From a virus (taxonomy: Duplodnaviria; Caudoviricetes), in IMG/VR virus record IMGVR_UViG_3300027683_000009, positions 1 through 37,038 of that record: DNA of 37,038 nt. One strand, written 5' to 3'. Of the stretch, positions 34,475 through 37,038 are shown in pieces (positions within the stretch are counted from its first letter, which is position 1; each line of letters begins with the position of its first letter). Both the position numbers and the translations under genes were made by a program. Under the pieces are notes generated by a model. It made no database searches, was not told the origin of the DNA, and saw only the letters and a list, made by a program, of their open reading frames with translations.

Positions 34475-37038
34475 TACATTATCTCCGCATCAAAAGAATA
34501 TAAACCCGCATATGCTCTAAAAGAACCATTTGCTGTTACTGTTACTCTATGTATCCAACCAATAGTATTAGAAACTAAATCATAGTCCGTACAGTTATTA
34601 TATGTTGGTGTTGTTATAATAGCAGCATCAGGATTATCTCGCATTCTTGTATGAAATGTATCACCATCAATTCCACAAACAACACCTGCTAAACCATATC
34701 TATAACCATAACCTTGACCAGTTGCATAACTATTCATATAATATCGTTGACACATTGCAGTTTCTACTACCGTAGGTCTAAACTCAAATGGTGTTGCAAT
34801 CGTTCCTGGTTCCAATTGAACTTGTGCCAATCTGAAATAGTTAGATGTACTATTGATATTATTATCAATATTAGATGTTGCTAATTTATTTGCATTTTCC
34901 CAGGTATCCACACTTGAAACATGTCTATCAGAACCACAAGCAAGAACAAAAAAGATTTCTAATCCACTACCATTTGTGTAATTCCAAGTTCCAATACCAC
35001 CACCATCAAATACTATTAATATTTCTTTTTTCTCCCAAGTAGCAGATGAGTCTATAGTAAAATCTGTTGCGTAAGATGCATCATTAGTACTATTTCTCAT
35101 TGATATACAGTATGTTCCTGTTTTATATGCTTTAACCCAAAATGATAATACACCAGTTTTACCTTGAATATATTTGAAATCATAACCTTCAATATTGTAA
35201 CCAATCATAAAATATTGAGTAGCACCAATACTTGAATCTGCTGTTGTAATTTGAACATTAAGTGATGTTGTAGGTGCTCCTTGATTTGCAGGAACATCTG
35301 AATTGGATGTAATAGTACATGCGGCGTCACTACTTGCAACATATCTCCATCTATCAGAAGTATAAGCATTTGATGCTGGTGATGTAAATGTTGCTCCTCT
35401 TGCCCAAACTTGAAAATTTCCATTTATGATTAGATTTTTATGTGTATAGGTATCTACAATATATTCGGTTAATCTATTAACATCCTCTTTAGCACTTGCA
35501 GATAACTCTAATGTTTGAAGGTTATTCTCATTATCAATATATTCGGTTAATCTATTATCACCTTCATCTATTGCAGCAGATAGGTTGGTAGATAATGTAT
35601 TTAAACTTTGGTCAATATATTCGGTTAACCTATTATCACCTTCATCTATAGAAGCAGATAACTCCAATGTTTGGAGATTATTTGATAGGTCAATATACTC
35701 ATATAACCTATTATCACCTTCATCTATAGAAGCAGATAGATTGATGGTCTTGCTATCTATATAATTTCTAACAGCATTATCACTTTCAACACTTGCGGCA
35801 GATAATGAATCTGATAGTGTGTTTATATATTCGGTTAATCTATTAACATCCTCTTTAGAACTTGCAGATAAGTTGGTAGATAAGGTTGATATGTTACTAT
35901 CAATATATTCGGTTAATCTATTATCACCTTCATCTATTGCAGCAGATAGACTATTAGATAAGGTATTTAAGTTTTGGTCTATATATTCATATAGTCTGTT
36001 ATCTTCCTCTTTTGAAGATGCAGATAATATACTTGATGATGTTAATAAATGCTCATATAACCTATTATCACCTTCATCTATTGCTCCTGAAAGGTTGACA
36101 GTCTTACTATCAATATATTCGGTTAATCTATTATCACCTTCATCTATTGCAGCAGATAGGTTGGTAGATAATGTATTTAAACTTTGGTCAATATATTCAT
36201 ATAGTCTGTTATCTTCCTCTTTTGAAGATGCAGATAAGTTTATAGATAATGTATTTAAATTTTGGTCAATATACTCATATAACCTATTATCACCTTCATC
36301 TATTGCTCCTGAAAGGTTAATTGTTGATAGAGTATAATCTATATATTCATATAGACGATTATCTTCCTCTTTTGAAGATGCAGATAAGTTGGCAGTCTTA
36401 CTATCAATATATTCGGTTAACCTATTATCACCTTCATCTATTGCTCCTGAAATACTGGTAGATAATGTATTTAAACTTTGGTCAATATATTCATATAGTC
36501 TGTTATCTTCCTCTTTTGAAGATGCAGATAAACTTGTTGATGTGGTTGATATATTATTATCTATATATTCGGTTAATCTATTATCACCTTCATCTATTGC
36601 AGCAGATAGACTATTAGATAAAGTATTTAAATTTTGGTCTATATATTCATAAATCCTATTATCACCTTCATCTATTGCTCCTGAAAGACTGATGGTCTTA
36701 CTATCTATATAATTTCTAACAGCATTATCACCTTCAATGCTTGCAGCAGATAACGAATCTGATAATGTGTTTATATATTCGGTTAATCTATTATCACCTT
36801 CATTTATTGCCCCTGAAAGGTTGGTAGATAAGGTATTTAAGTTTTGGTCTATATATTCGGTTAACCTATTATCACCTTCATCTATTGCAGCAGATAGACT
36901 ATTAGATAAAGTATTTAAATTTTGGTCAATATATTCGGTTAACCTATTATCACCTTCATCTATTGCTCCTGAAATACTGGTAGATAAGGTTGATAAAGCA
37001 TAATCTATATACTCATATAACCTATTATCACCTTCATC
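34474..37038 (-). CDS. Long tail fibre/whisker protein (5' end off-window): coiled-coil repeats plus carbohydrate-binding-like C-terminal domain
   Basis: Frame stays open upstream of the track's TTG at 35667 (checked codon by codon for about 240 nt; repeat phase is kept to the edge); C-terminus KNLIINGNFQVW.RG...DRW...LSFWVK...VQLE.G..ATPFE.RP...E...CQRYY is typical of fibre tips. Confidence 0.85.
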   Translation of the reverse strand, partial: DEGDNRLYEYIDYALSTLSTSISGAIDEGDNRLTEYIDQNLNTLSNSLSAAIDEGDNRLTEYIDQNLNTLSTNLSGAINEGDNRLTEYINTLSDSLSAASIEGDNAVRNYIDSKTISLSGAIDEGDNRIYEYIDQNLNTLSNSLSAAIDEGDNRLTEYIDNNISTTSTSLSASSKEEDNRLYEYIDQSLNTLSTSISGAIDEGDNRLTEYIDSKTANLSASSKEEDNRLYEYIDYTLSTINLSGAIDEGDNRLYEYIDQNLNTLSINLSASSKEEDNRLYEYIDQSLNTLSTNLSAAIDEGDNRLTEYIDSKTVNLSGAIDEGDNRLYEHLLTSSSILSASSKEEDNRLYEYIDQNLNTLSNSLSAAIDEGDNRLTEYIDSNISTLSTNLSASSKEDVNRLTEYINTLSDSLSAASVESDNAVRNYIDSKTINLSASIDEGDNRLYEYIDLSNNLQTLELSASIDEGDNRLTEYIDQSLNTLSTNLSAAIDEGDNRLTEYIDNENNLQTLELSASAKEDVNRLTEYIVDTYTHKNLIINGNFQVWARGATFTSPASNAYTSDRWRYVASSDAACTITSNSDVPANQGAPTTSLNVQITTADSSIGATQYFMIGYNIEGYDFKYIQGKTGVLSFWVKAYKTGTYCISMRNSTNDASYATDFTIDSSATWEKKEILIVFDGGGIGTWNYTNGSGLEIFFVLACGSDRHVSSVDTWENANKLATSNIDNNINSTSNYFRLAQVQLEPGTIATPFEFRPTVVETAMCQRYYMNSYATGQGYGYRYGLAGVVCGIDGDTFHTRMRDNPDAAIITTPTYNNCTDYDLVSNTIGWIHRVTVTANGSFRAYAGLYSFDAEIM
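35460..37038. repeat. Coding tandem repeat, about 22 units of 66/72/78 bp
   Basis: Core ctattatcaccttcatc (IDEGDNRL) and variant ctgttatcttcctc (SKEEDNRL) recur at spacings that are multiples of 3. Confidence 0.92.

Noticed and set aside
34474-34800. Possible diversity-generating retroelement target at the fibre tip
   Set aside because: No template/variable repeat pair with adenine-specific mismatches and no reverse transcriptase in the window.
35819-37003. Plus-strand ORFs with SIYSVNLLSPSS repeats
   Set aside because: Antisense shadows of the fibre repeat; no RBS or promoter support.
35460-37038. CRISPR-like regularly spaced ~25-30 bp repeats
   Set aside because: Intervening sequences resemble each other, all periods are multiples of 3, the region is one open reading frame and no cas genes are present; it is a protein repeat.
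1-37038. Stop-codon reassignment as in some large phages
   Set aside because: Code 11 gives full-length conserved genes at high density; TAA, TAG and TGA all end genes.

Overview
AT-rich segment of a large T4-related myophage genome (T4 superfamily, far from T4 itself). Essentially all real genes are on the minus strand and standard code 11 gives full-length ORFs. In transcription order (right to left): long repeat-rich fibre (5' end off-window), fibre chaperone, portal gp20, small gp67-like core protein, prohead protease gp21, scaffold gp22, major capsid gp23, a HAD 5'-nucleotidase, small terminase gp16, an inserted prkA(yeaG)-orf-yeaH(yhbH)-spoVR(ycgB) cassette with its own sigma70-type promoters and terminators, large terminase gp17, neck gp13, a block of fibre/appendage genes, neck gp14, small putative head proteins (DUF5661-like, ferritin-like), a greatly extended gp15, gp3, sheath gp18, tube gp19, a gp26/gp51-like chaperone pair joined by a probable -1 frameshift, tape measure, gp48-like protein, a holin-like membrane protein and a tandem array of at least five ~220-245 aa paralogs with capsid-targeting-like N-termini and a possible ADP-ribosyltransferase-like fold. 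Most notable: the host-type AAA+/vWA/SpoVR system splitting the terminase genes, and the mosaic paralog array of possibly virion-packaged effectors. All family calls come from motifs recognised by eye, not database searches.
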